From a virus: a DNA stretch of 64,000 nt. Of the stretch, positions 18,019 through 27,684 are shown piece after piece. Where the stretch lies: positions 19,748 to 83,747 of the IMG/VR virus record IMGVR_UViG_3300030060_002972; one strand, given 5' to 3'. A program made the translations under genes and the position numbers. Every line of letters starts with the position of its first letter. Within the stretch, counting starts at the first letter, position 1. Under the pieces are notes generated by a model. It was given only the letters and a program-made list of their open reading frames with translations, made no database searches and had not been told where the DNA came from.

Positions 18019-18963
18019 ATGCCACAAGGAGCAGTAAGTTTTCTTAATGAATCCGATAGACTTGCCAAGTTAAAAATGGACAGTGATATTAGATTCGTTG
18101 CAGGAAACATGATGCAATTCAGAAACTTGGCAAAACCAATTCAAGCATTTGGTAGAAACAAAGGCTCAACGATTGAAATTGAAAAATATCAGAAGTTAAC
18201 AAAAGCTACTGGTACTATCTCAGAACTACAATCATTGCCTATGAATAAACCTAACGTAGGTTTTGTACAGGTAACTGTAGCAGAGTATGGTAATGGTGTA
18301 TCATACACTAAAAAATCACAAACATTAGCAGAATATTCTGTGGATGAAACTCTTAAAAAGATATTAGCTATGAACGTAGCTGAATCTATGGACCAGGTTG
18401 CTGGTACAGAGTTCCAAAACTCAGACGTATTCTACACACCAACTTCAACAAGTGCAGGGACATTAGACAAAGATGGAACTGTAAGTACAGGTGCTGGAGC
18501 AGCTATTACAGCAGCCCACATCAGAGACATAATCAGAAATCTAAAAACTGATAATGTACCAAAATGGGATGGAAATTCTTATTTAGGAATCTTCTCCCCA
18601 TTTGCAATGGCTAAACTGTTTGAAGACACAGCAACAGGAGGCATTATAGACTTACACAAATATGACCAACCAGAGAATTTAATCAATGGTGAAATTGGTC
18701 AATACTTTGGAATGAGAATGATAGAAGAGAACAACGTTCTTTCTAACACAATCGGTGGGTCATCACATAATGGTGAAGTAATAGTCTGTGGCTTTGAGCC
18801 AGTAGTTGAAGCTCTTGTAGAACCAGAATCTACTATGGTAGAAAACTGGGACTTCAACAGATTCACAGGTATTGCATGGAACGCATTGACAGGGTTCAAA
18901 AAAGTTTGGACTAATTCAACTGACAATGAGTATCACTTAGTTAGAATTCATTCTAACGACTAG
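18019..18963 (+). CDS. Major capsid protein (N4-gp56-like family)
   Basis: Strong AGGAGG RBS; EYGNG and GEIG motifs; most conserved gene between the units. Confidence 0.85.
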   Translation: MPQGAVSFLNESDRLAKLKMDSDIRFVAGNMMQFRNLAKPIQAFGRNKGSTIEIEKYQKLTKATGTISELQSLPMNKPNVGFVQVTVAEYGNGVSYTKKSQTLAEYSVDETLKKILAMNVAESMDQVAGTEFQNSDVFYTPTSTSAGTLDKDGTVSTGAGAAITAAHIRDIIRNLKTDNVPKWDGNSYLGIFSPFAMAKLFEDTATGGIIDLHKYDQPENLINGEIGQYFGMRMIEENNVLSNTIGGSSHNGEVIVCGFEPVVEALVEPESTMVENWDFNRFTGIAWNALTGFKKVWTNSTDNEYHLVRIHSND

Positions 18964-18976
18964 GAGGTAAAATAAC

Positions 18977-19384
18977 ATGGCGTTTAATAGTAAACTTCAA
19001 TTTGCTATAATCCCAGTATCAGCAGACCTTGACGGCTCAGCTGGTGATGATTTTACTTTCAAAGTGAATCATCCTATGGTAGTCCATAGATTTGAGTTTA
19101 TAGTACAGACTGCAGTTGTAGCTACGTCTACTGACCCAGTAGTATCATTAGATTATACTGACACAGTAAACAGCGTATCTAGAGCTGAGAAAGTAACATT
19201 GACAGTTCCAAATACTACAGCAGCTGGTGTTACAATAGAAGCGAGTTTAACTCCTTTCTTTGTATCCGACACTGACATTCTACATTTTGAGCGTAAGACT
19301 CAAGGTGCTGGAGGTTCAACAGCTGGTGATGGGTTTTATATCATGTATTATGAGTTAATCCCAGATAGCAATGGAGTTGCCTAA
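18977..19384 (+). CDS. Putative capsid decoration protein
   Basis: Beta-rich protein directly after MCP with a strong RBS. Confidence 0.5.
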   Translation: MAFNSKLQFAIIPVSADLDGSAGDDFTFKVNHPMVVHRFEFIVQTAVVATSTDPVVSLDYTDTVNSVSRAEKVTLTVPNTTAAGVTIEASLTPFFVSDTDILHFERKTQGAGGSTAGDGFYIMYYELIPDSNGVA

Positions 19385-19861
19385 ATGTGGTATAGAGTGC
19401 ACTTAAACAGAGTACACTTTAACCCTTTGGACAAAGAGGGCAAGATGGTTAGAGTCTTGTCCTCTGGTCCTACGTTTAACTGTCATACATCAACAGATTT
19501 AGAATTAGAACTGTTATATATGTTAGCAGAAACTAACTCTGAGTTGATGCAGTTTATTAAATCCTGGACTGAGCAAGATAACTCTTGGTATCAACTAGTA
19601 TTTACTAAACTGTCTAGTGCTACAAGAGCTGGATTTACAGGTAAAGCAAAAGTGTTTAGCTACATGGGGTATGCCCTATGTCAACGTGTAGCAGACCATA
19701 TAATATTTGAAACTAAGTATATGAACATAGGCAGTCTTAGTGACTATAATATAGGAGCAAGTAGAGACGTAAGAGAAGAAGTTAGAAATACAAATAATCA
19801 TCTCGTACCTGGTGCAGAAAAAGTAGGTAAAGACTGGGTTGAGAAGAATGGTGGCAAATGA
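19385..19861 (+). CDS. Conserved hypothetical virion-module protein
   Basis: Homolog 60480-60968. Confidence 0.7.
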   Translation: MWYRVHLNRVHFNPLDKEGKMVRVLSSGPTFNCHTSTDLELELLYMLAETNSELMQFIKSWTEQDNSWYQLVFTKLSSATRAGFTGKAKVFSYMGYALCQRVADHIIFETKYMNIGSLSDYNIGASRDVREEVRNTNNHLVPGAEKVGKDWVEKNGGK

Positions 19862-20619
19862 GAAGTGAATTAAATTATGACAGAAGTAACATTCGTACTA
19901 AAGTAAAAAGTATAATAGGTAGAAACTTTAGTGGTATAGATGATGTTTTAAATGACTTAATAAATATAGCAGTAGAGCTATTTGGTAATACTGTGCAGTC
20001 AGTATATGATGAGTTTGTATATACACATACAATTACAAGTGGAGAAGTAACTGCAAAAACAGATGAGTACAATTTACCTAACAGAACAAAAGTAATACTA
20101 GATGCATATTATATAGATGTATCAGGAAGTGATGATGTTTATTATCCTATACATTTAAGAAGTCCTATAGATTTTAATGAAGCAGGTAATTATACTCCAA
20201 GTGTTAAGTATGGTAGACCTACATTTGATTACTCTACAGATACTATAAAGTTTGGTGTAAGTTATAACACATCAGGAGCTACTCGTGCAGATTATACAGG
20301 TATACCTCAGCAAGGGTATAGAGTAAACAATGCATTTCATGTATACCCTAGACCTGGTAGTTCAGAACAAGATAATAAAATAAGACTTATGCTGGGATTA
20401 TTTCCAGCAGATTTACAGTCTGATAGTGATAAGAATAGTATAACAAAGAGCTACCCACAGGCATTGATTACTTATACAGCAGCAATGTTTTGGGGAATGC
20501 ATATGAATGATGCTCAAAGAGCAGCACAGTATTTAACAACAGCACAGTTGTTGTTAGCAAGTTTTGCTAAGCAAGACGAAATAAACAAACTCGTGAATAT
20601 AACCATGAAGTTACAATAG
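19858..20619 (+). CDS. Putative head-tail adaptor (tail tubular protein A-like)
   Basis: Position; VYPRP and YPQALI motifs typical of adaptor proteins. Confidence 0.6.
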   Translation: MRSELNYDRSNIRTKVKSIIGRNFSGIDDVLNDLINIAVELFGNTVQSVYDEFVYTHTITSGEVTAKTDEYNLPNRTKVILDAYYIDVSGSDDVYYPIHLRSPIDFNEAGNYTPSVKYGRPTFDYSTDTIKFGVSYNTSGATRADYTGIPQQGYRVNNAFHVYPRPGSSEQDNKIRLMLGLFPADLQSDSDKNSITKSYPQALITYTAAMFWGMHMNDAQRAAQYLTTAQLLLASFAKQDEINKLVNITMKLQ

Positions 20620-20627
20620 GAGGAAAC

Positions 20628-21029
20628 ATGGCAAACGCAATATACCCAAAGGCAAAAGAATCATTCTTAAAAGGTGAGATTGATTTAGTAGATGATACAA
20701 TCAAGATTGCTTTGGTAGATACAGGTACATATACCTACAATGCAGCTCATGACTTTTACAATGATTTATCTGGAGTGTTAGGTACACCCGTAGCATTAGG
20801 AAGTAAGACTGTAACTGATGGAGTATTTGATGCAGCAGATGCTACATTTACAACACCATCAGCAGGTACAAGTATTGAAGCATTAGTTATCTACAAAGAC
20901 ACAGGTAATACAGCTACAAGTAATTTGATTGCATACATTGATACAGGTACAGGGTTACCTTTTACATCTAACGGAGCAGACATAGATATAGTCTTTGATT
21001 CAGGTAGTAATAAAATCTTTGCATTATGA
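20628..21029 (+). CDS. Virion structural protein
   Basis: IDLVDDTIKIAL...FDAADATF...LIAYID pattern common in phage tail modules. Confidence 0.6.
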   Translation: MANAIYPKAKESFLKGEIDLVDDTIKIALVDTGTYTYNAAHDFYNDLSGVLGTPVALGSKTVTDGVFDAADATFTTPSAGTSIEALVIYKDTGNTATSNLIAYIDTGTGLPFTSNGADIDIVFDSGSNKIFAL

Positions 21030-21223
21030 GAAAGTTTAAGAAAGTACCAAAGACAAAAGGCGGAGTACCAAAGAAATATGTTGCAGGTACTAAGAGTCCA
21101 TCAGCTAGAGAAAAAGAGATAAAAAATACTCGTAAGCTCTACAAAGCAGGTAAGTTAACTCCAGCTATGATGGATAAGATAAGTAAATCAAGAGCAAAGG
21201 ATAGGAGGAAAAAACGTGCCTAG
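21026..21223 (+). CDS. Small basic protein
   Basis: VPKKYVAG; ATGA overlap. Confidence 0.65.
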   Translation: MRKFKKVPKTKGGVPKKYVAGTKSPSAREKEIKNTRKLYKAGKLTPAMMDKISKSRAKDRRKKRA

Positions 21224-21434
21224 TTTTAGTGGAATACCTGGAGCATCTAAGTTCAGCAAAGAGACACTTCGTAAGGTGTACAAGCGTGGAATGGGAGCTT
21301 ACTATAGTTCAGGTTCTAGAAATGTACCAGCTCATGCATGGGCTATGGGTAGAGTAAAAAGTTTTGTATCAGGTAAAGGTGGTGCAAGAAAAGCTGACAA
21401 AGATTTATTAAGTAAAGGAAAGAAAAAGAAATGA
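21216..21434 (+). CDS. Small basic protein (DUF5824-like)
   Basis: TLRKVYKRGMGAY...WAMGRVKSF. Confidence 0.6.
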   Translation: MPSFSGIPGASKFSKETLRKVYKRGMGAYYSSGSRNVPAHAWAMGRVKSFVSGKGGARKADKDLLSKGKKKK

Positions 21435-21562
21435 AAAAAGGATTATATGCAAACATACATGCCAAGCGTAAGCGTGGTGAAAAGATGAGAAAGAAAGGTG
21501 CAAAAGGTGCACCTACAGCAAAGCAATTTGCTAGAGCTAAACAAACAGCGAGGAAAAAATGA
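21431..21562 (+). CDS. Small basic protein MKKGLYANIHAKRKRG (43 aa)
   Basis: Read manually; ATGA overlaps on both sides; GLYANI also at 62489. Confidence 0.65.
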   Translation: MKKGLYANIHAKRKRGEKMRKKGAKGAPTAKQFARAKQTARKK

Positions 21563-22617
21563 GTATAGCAGGAAGTTTAACAGATGCTATAAATTTTAGA
21601 TATGTGTTTACTATTAGTGGTACTCCTACAACTGTTAGTGGTGCAGATGATAATAGTAAAACTTTAGCTTACAATGTAGGTTTCGTAGACGTATATCTTA
21701 ATGGTGTAAAACAAGTAGTGGGTACAGACGTAACAGCTACATCAGGCAGTACCCTTGTATTTGCTAGTGCACTTGCAGCTAATGATATAGTAGAAGCTGT
21801 AACTTTTGATACGTTTACTTCTGCTACTGCAGCTATAGTTGGCACACGTTCAGAATTTAATTATGTAATAAGTGGTACACCTACTACAGTAAGTGGAGCT
21901 GATGCAGGTGGTAGTACATTATCTTATACAGCAGGATTAGTAGATGTATTCTTAAATGGAGTACGTATGAAAGTGGGCACTGATGTTACAGCAAGTAATG
22001 GTACTGAAGTAGTATTTGCTAGTGCGTTAGCAGCAGGAGATTTAGTAGATATTGTAGCACATCAAAATTTTAGTATAGCTAATCTACCTGCTAGTTCTAT
22101 AGGCTCTGGCACATTGTCTAATGATAGATTACCTACTATAGATGATAGTAAGTTAGGAGCTGGTGCTATACTACAGGTTGTAAATTCAATTAAAACAGAT
22201 ACATTAGCAAGTTCAGGTGCAGGTTCATGGAATGATATTGGTTTATCTGTTGCAATTACACCTAGAAGCACATCATCTAAAATTTTAGTAAATGTTAATG
22301 TAAGTGGTGCATTAAACAATTCTAATACTTGGTTAAAAATTGTAAGAGGTTCAACAGACATAGGTATTGGTGATGCTGGAAGTTCAAGACTACAATGTAC
22401 CTTTGGAAATCTTTACACATTTGGAGATGCCAATATTATGAAAACACATAGTTTTCAACTGTTAGATTCACCATCAAGCACATCAGAACTTACTTACAAA
22501 GTGCAAGTTAGAAGTGCAGCAAACACATATTACATTAATAGAACTGTAAATGATACAGATAGTGTAGACCATGGTAGAGCATCATCAACAATAACATTAA
22601 TGGAGGTTCAAGGATAA
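21559..22617 (+). CDS. Tail fibre/appendage protein with duplicated N-terminal domain
   Basis: Two ~82-aa VDVxLNGV repeats followed by an ILQVV...LDSP...MEV C-terminal domain. Confidence 0.7.
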   Translation: MSIAGSLTDAINFRYVFTISGTPTTVSGADDNSKTLAYNVGFVDVYLNGVKQVVGTDVTATSGSTLVFASALAANDIVEAVTFDTFTSATAAIVGTRSEFNYVISGTPTTVSGADAGGSTLSYTAGLVDVFLNGVRMKVGTDVTASNGTEVVFASALAAGDLVDIVAHQNFSIANLPASSIGSGTLSNDRLPTIDDSKLGAGAILQVVNSIKTDTLASSGAGSWNDIGLSVAITPRSTSSKILVNVNVSGALNNSNTWLKIVRGSTDIGIGDAGSSRLQCTFGNLYTFGDANIMKTHSFQLLDSPSSTSELTYKVQVRSAANTYYINRTVNDTDSVDHGRASSTITLMEVQG

Positions 22618-22910
22618 TGGACATAATATCAGCAATTTTAGCTTTAGACCCAAATGCACAAGTAAGTGTAAATGCAGAGAGTCTTGACCAGATTACATGG
22701 CATGATGGTAATCCTAATAACATTACCAATGACCAGATAACTGCAAAACAAGCAGAGTTAAAAACAGCTTACGACAATAAAAAATATCAAAGAGATAGAG
22801 CTGCAGAATATCCTAGTTGGCAAGACCAGTTAGACAAGATATACCATGACGGTATTGATGCATGGAAAGCAGATATAAAAGCAGTAAAAGACAAATATCC
22901 AAAGGGGTAA
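22617..22910 (+). CDS. Putative tail fibre assembly chaperone
   Basis: YQRDR..EYPS..DQLD..YH...W...I.AVKDKYPK motif. Confidence 0.65.
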   Translation: MDIISAILALDPNAQVSVNAESLDQITWHDGNPNNITNDQITAKQAELKTAYDNKKYQRDRAAEYPSWQDQLDKIYHDGIDAWKADIKAVKDKYPKG

Positions 22911-22913
22911 TAT

Positions 22914-23432
22914 ATGGGTAGACGAAGAGAATTAGGTAACTATACAGGTAAGATATTACAAACAGTAAGAGGCGAGTTGACTACAAAATTTGCATCTTCT
23001 GCTACTGCTAGTTATGTAGACATAGGTCTAAGTGCTGCAATTACTCCAGCATCAACAAGTAATAAAATAATTATACATGCTACAATTTGGAGTGGTGGAC
23101 AAAATGATGCTTATCCTTTCTTTAGATTACTTAGAGGTTCTACAGAAATAGGAAGTGGTACAGGTAATAGTGGTAGTAATAATGTTAACGCTTTTGCAGG
23201 TGGATTTTTTACAGCAATAGGTGCAATGCAATATAGACAGCATTGTCTTAACAGACATTTTGTAGATTCACCCAATACTACTTCTGCAACAACATATAAG
23301 ATACAAGGTAAAAATCCTTATGTAGCTGGTGGTGCAGGAATAGTTTACATTAATAGGGCTCATAATGATGGAGACAATTTATTTGCAGGATGCTTGCAAA
23401 GTGAATTAGTTTTAATGGAGGTAGCAGGGTAA
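22914..23432 (+). CDS. Stand-alone fibre C-terminal-type domain protein
   Basis: KILQTV...ITPASTSNKI...DSPNTTSATTYK...LMEV; paralog of the fibre C-terminus. Confidence 0.65.
   Translation: MGRRRELGNYTGKILQTVRGELTTKFASSATASYVDIGLSAAITPASTSNKIIIHATIWSGGQNDAYPFFRLLRGSTEIGSGTGNSGSNNVNAFAGGFFTAIGAMQYRQHCLNRHFVDSPNTTSATTYKIQGKNPYVAGGAGIVYINRAHNDGDNLFAGCLQSELVLMEVAG
22957..23012 (+). repeat. 56-bp exact repeat of 63945-64000
   Basis: TACAAACAGTAAGAGGCGAG...GCTACTGCTAGT is identical at both sites and runs to the window end. Confidence 0.9.
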
Positions 23433-23752
23433 TGCCAGTAACAAGTATATTAAATGGAACAGTAACCACAGATGGCACAGAGCAGACCGTAGGTTCTGCA
23501 CAAACTAGTGATAACTTTTTTACAGGTTATATAGATTTATCAAACAATGCATCGGGTGATACCATTGTAATAAAAATAAAAGTAAGGGTAGATAGTAGTG
23601 ATATTATATGTATACAAGATACATTTACTGGTGCACAAGCTGAACCACTATATCACTTTCCACCACTGCCTAGTACAGAAAATTTTGTAGTAACAATACA
23701 AAAAACAGGTGGAACAAATAGAGCATACAAATATAGGATATTTACAGCGTAG
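23432..23752 (+). CDS. Hypothetical virion protein
   Basis: TAATG coupling; beta-rich. Confidence 0.65.
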   Translation: MPVTSILNGTVTTDGTEQTVGSAQTSDNFFTGYIDLSNNASGDTIVIKIKVRVDSSDIICIQDTFTGAQAEPLYHFPPLPSTENFVVTIQKTGGTNRAYKYRIFTA

Positions 23753-24382
23753 ATGGCATTAGGACGTTTTTCAGGAAGATTAAATCAATTTAGTGCAGGT
23801 GCTGCAGGAGTACCTGTATTAGAAATTGAAGTAAGTGCAGTTACAACAACTAATGCATTTGGTACACCTATTGCTAAATTACAAGCTAGCAATACAGGTT
23901 TAGCTGATGGGTTTGCATTTGGTACTACGGTAGTCAAGTTAGAAGTTAATACACTAACTGGATTTGAAGATACATTTGTATTTGGTACAAGTGTTGCTAA
24001 GTTACAAGCTAGTAACACAGGTATATCAGATGGTTTTGCTTTTGGTACACCAATAGGAAAGTTACAAGCAAGTAACACAGGATTGTCTGACCCGTTTGCT
24101 TTTGGTACGGCTATAGCAAAACTAGAAGCTGGTACTACTGGTATCTCAGACAGTTTTGTATTTGGAACATTAGCCTCTAAGATGAATGTAACACTTAGTG
24201 GCTTTGCAGAAACAGACGCTGTAGGTAATGCGTTAGTAGTATTTAAGGATTGGTCAGTAATAGTTGCACCTACAAGCACAGACTTTAGCGAAGTAACAGC
24301 TGCAAGTAGTACAGACTTTAGTGCCGTAGCTGCAGCAAGTAGTAGTGATTTTACACAAGTAGATAACGAAGGTAGTTTATGA
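23753..24382 (+). CDS. Repeat-containing virion protein
   Basis: About six 20-aa FGTxxxKLxASNTGxxDxFx repeats plus three 11-aa STDFS repeats. Confidence 0.7.
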   Translation: MALGRFSGRLNQFSAGAAGVPVLEIEVSAVTTTNAFGTPIAKLQASNTGLADGFAFGTTVVKLEVNTLTGFEDTFVFGTSVAKLQASNTGISDGFAFGTPIGKLQASNTGLSDPFAFGTAIAKLEAGTTGISDSFVFGTLASKMNVTLSGFAETDAVGNALVVFKDWSVIVAPTSTDFSEVTAASSTDFSAVAAASSSDFTQVDNEGSL

Positions 24383-25824
24383 AAAGATTTATAAAAGATT
24401 TATCAGGTGGGTTAAATTTATCTAGACCACCACATTTAATACAAGATAATCAATTATCTGTTGCTACCGATTGCGTGTACAGGTCAGGCAAATGGCAAAA
24501 ACGTGATGGCTTTGCAAACTTAACTGCAACTACAGATACTGCAAAAGTATTAGAAATAGCAGACCAAGTACGTAATGATGGCACAGCTAGAAGATTTCAT
24601 GCTACAACCAATAACATATACGAATGGAATGGCAGTAGTTATACAGCAAGATTAGCTGCTAGTAGTAATAGACTATCAACAGAAAAATTATTCTTTACAG
24701 AAATAAATAATGAAATATATGTAACAGATGGTAAAAACAATATAGCTAAATCTAGCACAGGAGCATTTAGTAATATATCTTGGGATACTAGTAGCTCTGG
24801 TAGAAATGTAACTGCTGCACATATAATTTTAGCATTTAATTCTAGATTATTATTATTTAATACAACAGATGGTACTGACGGAGAAGTGCCTTATAGATTG
24901 TTATTTACAGACGTATTAGATTTTGACCGTGTATCAACTAATAATTTTCTAGACTTAAGTTATTCATCATCACCTATAGTAAGTGCAAAACGATTAGGAC
25001 AAAATTTTATAGCAGTATATAAATCAGATTCTATTGTAACATTACAAGACCAAGGTAGCCCATTATTCTTTGTACCTAAAGCTAGACAGACTATAGGTAT
25101 CATAGGACCAAAGGCTGTAACAGATATACCTAATGGACATTTATTTGTTAGTAATGATGGCATCTATGTATTTAATGGTGGTGCAGTAGAACCTGTAGCA
25201 GATAGAACAGTTGTAAATAATTTCTTTAATAACCTAAATTATACATACAAAGATAATATATATTGTTGGACAGATTTAAGAAATAGAGAAGTAATAATAC
25301 ATTACCCTACTGGTAGTAACGAAGAACCCGATAAATGTTTAGTTTGGAATTATCAATCTAATGTATGGAGTCAATGGAATTTTGCAGCATACTCTGGGTT
25401 CTATAGATATAGAGCTATCAATACACCAGAAGTATATTTTGGTTCTGGGTCAGGCATAGTAAAACAAAGAGATACGTCAGGCACTGATGGTAGTTCTGCT
25501 ATAGCTAGTACATTAGCAACCAAAGCATTTCACAGTGTATTTGATGGACAGATATTAGGCGGTAGTCCTGAGTCTGCCACAGACTATGTACAAATATTAA
25601 GAGTGCAAACAGATGCTACACCTACTAGCACAACTATATCTGTAGGTGCGGCAGATTTGGGTACAGATACCCCAACTTATTCTGACAGTACAATTACTGA
25701 TGAAGACGGTAAAGCACCTAGAGCAGATTTTAATTCGTTTGGCAGATACATAACAATTAAAGCTACCAACTTTACAAGTCTATCCGAGTTTGTAGTAGAC
25801 TTAGAATCTGGAGGTGATAGTTAA
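24379..25824 (+). CDS. Putative tail nozzle/DNA stabilisation protein (tubular B or P22 gp10-like)
   Basis: GGLN start, KRDG, beta-propeller-like repeats; podoviral position. Confidence 0.65.
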   Translation: MKRFIKDLSGGLNLSRPPHLIQDNQLSVATDCVYRSGKWQKRDGFANLTATTDTAKVLEIADQVRNDGTARRFHATTNNIYEWNGSSYTARLAASSNRLSTEKLFFTEINNEIYVTDGKNNIAKSSTGAFSNISWDTSSSGRNVTAAHIILAFNSRLLLFNTTDGTDGEVPYRLLFTDVLDFDRVSTNNFLDLSYSSSPIVSAKRLGQNFIAVYKSDSIVTLQDQGSPLFFVPKARQTIGIIGPKAVTDIPNGHLFVSNDGIYVFNGGAVEPVADRTVVNNFFNNLNYTYKDNIYCWTDLRNREVIIHYPTGSNEEPDKCLVWNYQSNVWSQWNFAAYSGFYRYRAINTPEVYFGSGSGIVKQRDTSGTDGSSAIASTLATKAFHSVFDGQILGGSPESATDYVQILRVQTDATPTSTTISVGAADLGTDTPTYSDSTITDEDGKAPRADFNSFGRYITIKATNFTSLSEFVVDLESGGDS

Positions 25825-27110
25825 TGTCTATAAATAATTATTCTTTTGATGACATAACCATACCTCAACCACCTGTATATATAGAAGGTCAAGTATTAGA
25901 TTATGTTACAGAAAAAATACCACAGTTTTTTAATTCACAATATATAGCGTTACTTGATTTTGTAGGTGCAGTACAAAATGCATTTCTAATAGATAGCGAC
26001 CAAGTTAATTCATTAGACGCAGATAAAATAACTAGCAATACACAATTTACACAAAGTGTGTTTGTTGGTGCAGAAAGTAAAATAAAATTAGATGGAGCCA
26101 ATAATTTAATTACTGTTGATGATAGCCAAGGCACACCAGTAACTAGAGTGAAAATTGGTAAAGTAGGTACCGGCACTAACGAGTATGGTATACAAATAAT
26201 AGATGCAGGCGGTACTATAAGATTTCAGACAGGTAGTAGCACTTTTATTGACGGAGGCATAATATCTGCTGATAGTGTTACAGCTACACAAATAGCAGCT
26301 AGCACAATAACAACTACACAGTTAGCAGCTAATACGATTACAGCTGATGATATTGCATCTAGTACAATCACTGCTACAGAATTAGCAGCAGGTGCCGTTA
26401 CAGCTGGTAAAATAAATGTAAGTGAATTATCTGCTATAGTAGCAGACTTAGGAACAATTACTGCTGGTACAATTACCGGTGGTACAATACAAACTGCGGC
26501 ATCGGGTGCTAGAGTTGAATTAGCATCATCTGGTTTAAATGCATACAAATCAGATGGTACACAAACTGTAGATGTAAATGTAGATGGTACGTTTAGATTT
26601 GGTCCTAGCAGTGGTGATAACGTTGCGTGGGATAATAGTAACTTAACTGTTAGTGGTGATATTATTGCTACAGGTAATATACAAGATGGAGCTGTGACAG
26701 TACCGACTGTGACAACAGGTACATCTTCTGATGGTAGCAATGTAAATTTAGTTGTGTCTACAAAGGGTGGAAACATTGTAGCCACTATTTCTGTTGTAGC
26801 TGTTGTACGAGGTCTTACTGCTGTAGGTACAGGATTAGGAAATATGAGAGTGCAAATAGATGGCAACACGTTTAAAAATGTTGTAGGTTCTAAGGCTACA
26901 TCTGGTGGTGGTAGTGTAGTAGTACCACAAAATACTGATGGGCAAACATGCACTGGCACATTCTTAGATGGAGACCCAGCAGGAAGTATAGGTAGTGCAG
27001 CTAATACAACATATACAGTAGCAGTTGATATTACAGATGTAATAACTGATACTACATTAAGTGTACAAAGTTATAGTGTAAAATTAGTAACATTGGAGAC
27101 ATTTAAATGA
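25824..27110 (+). CDS. Tail fibre/host-specificity protein
   Basis: 10-aa IAAxTITAxx repeats; LSAIVADLGTITAG. Confidence 0.65.
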   Translation: MSINNYSFDDITIPQPPVYIEGQVLDYVTEKIPQFFNSQYIALLDFVGAVQNAFLIDSDQVNSLDADKITSNTQFTQSVFVGAESKIKLDGANNLITVDDSQGTPVTRVKIGKVGTGTNEYGIQIIDAGGTIRFQTGSSTFIDGGIISADSVTATQIAASTITTTQLAANTITADDIASSTITATELAAGAVTAGKINVSELSAIVADLGTITAGTITGGTIQTAASGARVELASSGLNAYKSDGTQTVDVNVDGTFRFGPSSGDNVAWDNSNLTVSGDIIATGNIQDGAVTVPTVTTGTSSDGSNVNLVVSTKGGNIVATISVVAVVRGLTAVGTGLGNMRVQIDGNTFKNVVGSKATSGGGSVVVPQNTDGQTCTGTFLDGDPAGSIGSAANTTYTVAVDITDVITDTTLSVQSYSVKLVTLETFK

Positions 27111-27277
27111 ACAAGTGTGAATGTAAAAATAAAGAAATATTAGAAAAAAAATTAGAAGACTTAGAGATTCGTTATGAACAATCTAAGGCTGCAAGTGCAT
27201 ACTTACAAGGGCAAGTTATGTTAATAAAAGAATTGTTAGAATGTGTTTGTGAGGAGGATTGTAATTGCAAAAAGTAA
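27107..27277 (+). CDS. Small coiled-coil protein with Cys-rich ends (56 aa)
   Basis: Read manually: MNKCECKNKEILEKKLEDL...ECVCEEDCNCKK; ATGA overlap with the fibre gene. Confidence 0.5.
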   Translation: MNKCECKNKEILEKKLEDLEIRYEQSKAASAYLQGQVMLIKELLECVCEEDCNCKK

Positions 27278-27675
27278 TATATGATTACCAAGAGTATTAT
27301 GTTGATAAATACATAGAAGAAGTAAAACCTAAAGAAACCAGAGACATACTAACTCACGGATTAACATGGCATATATTAACTGAAGGCAGTTGGGATTCTG
27401 AACCTATGGGGATGATAGGTTATCAAATAGTAACAGATGGTCATGAGAATAAATTGTACATAGAATTTATATACATTGACCCTAAATATAGAAGGAGACC
27501 TAACTTATGGTTTAGCAAAATTGTACAGTTTTGTAGAAAATGGAAATTTAAGACTGTAGAAATATCAGCAAGCCAAAAAACAAAAAGATGGGTAGAAAAA
27601 TTAGCAAATAAAAAACCTTATGTTTTAATTTATGACGTAGATGTATCACGTTTAGAAAAAAAATATGGGTGGTAG
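27265..27675 (+). CDS. GNAT-fold protein
   Basis: LYIEFIYIDPKYRR GNAT-like motif A; GAGGAGG RBS before TTG. Confidence 0.6.
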   Translation: MQKVIYDYQEYYVDKYIEEVKPKETRDILTHGLTWHILTEGSWDSEPMGMIGYQIVTDGHENKLYIEFIYIDPKYRRRPNLWFSKIVQFCRKWKFKTVEISASQKTKRWVEKLANKKPYVLIYDVDVSRLEKKYGW

Positions 27676-27684
27676 GAGAACACA

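Larger units (their letters stand above)
1..22956. mobile_element. Phage genome unit A (partial): replication module, control region, head module
   Basis: Contiguous phage genes (polA, primase, helicase, TerL, portal, MCP), each with a diverged homolog 41-43 kb downstream. The right boundary is inferred. Confidence 0.75.

Noticed and set aside
21559-23432. Diversity-generating retroelement acting on fibre tips
   Set aside because: No reverse transcriptase; differences between paralogous tips are not adenine-specific.
23785-26959. Long antisense ORFs (23785-24279, 26225-26959 and similar ones elsewhere)
   Set aside because: Shadows of repetitive or codon-biased genes on the opposite strand; no RBS or recognisable motifs.
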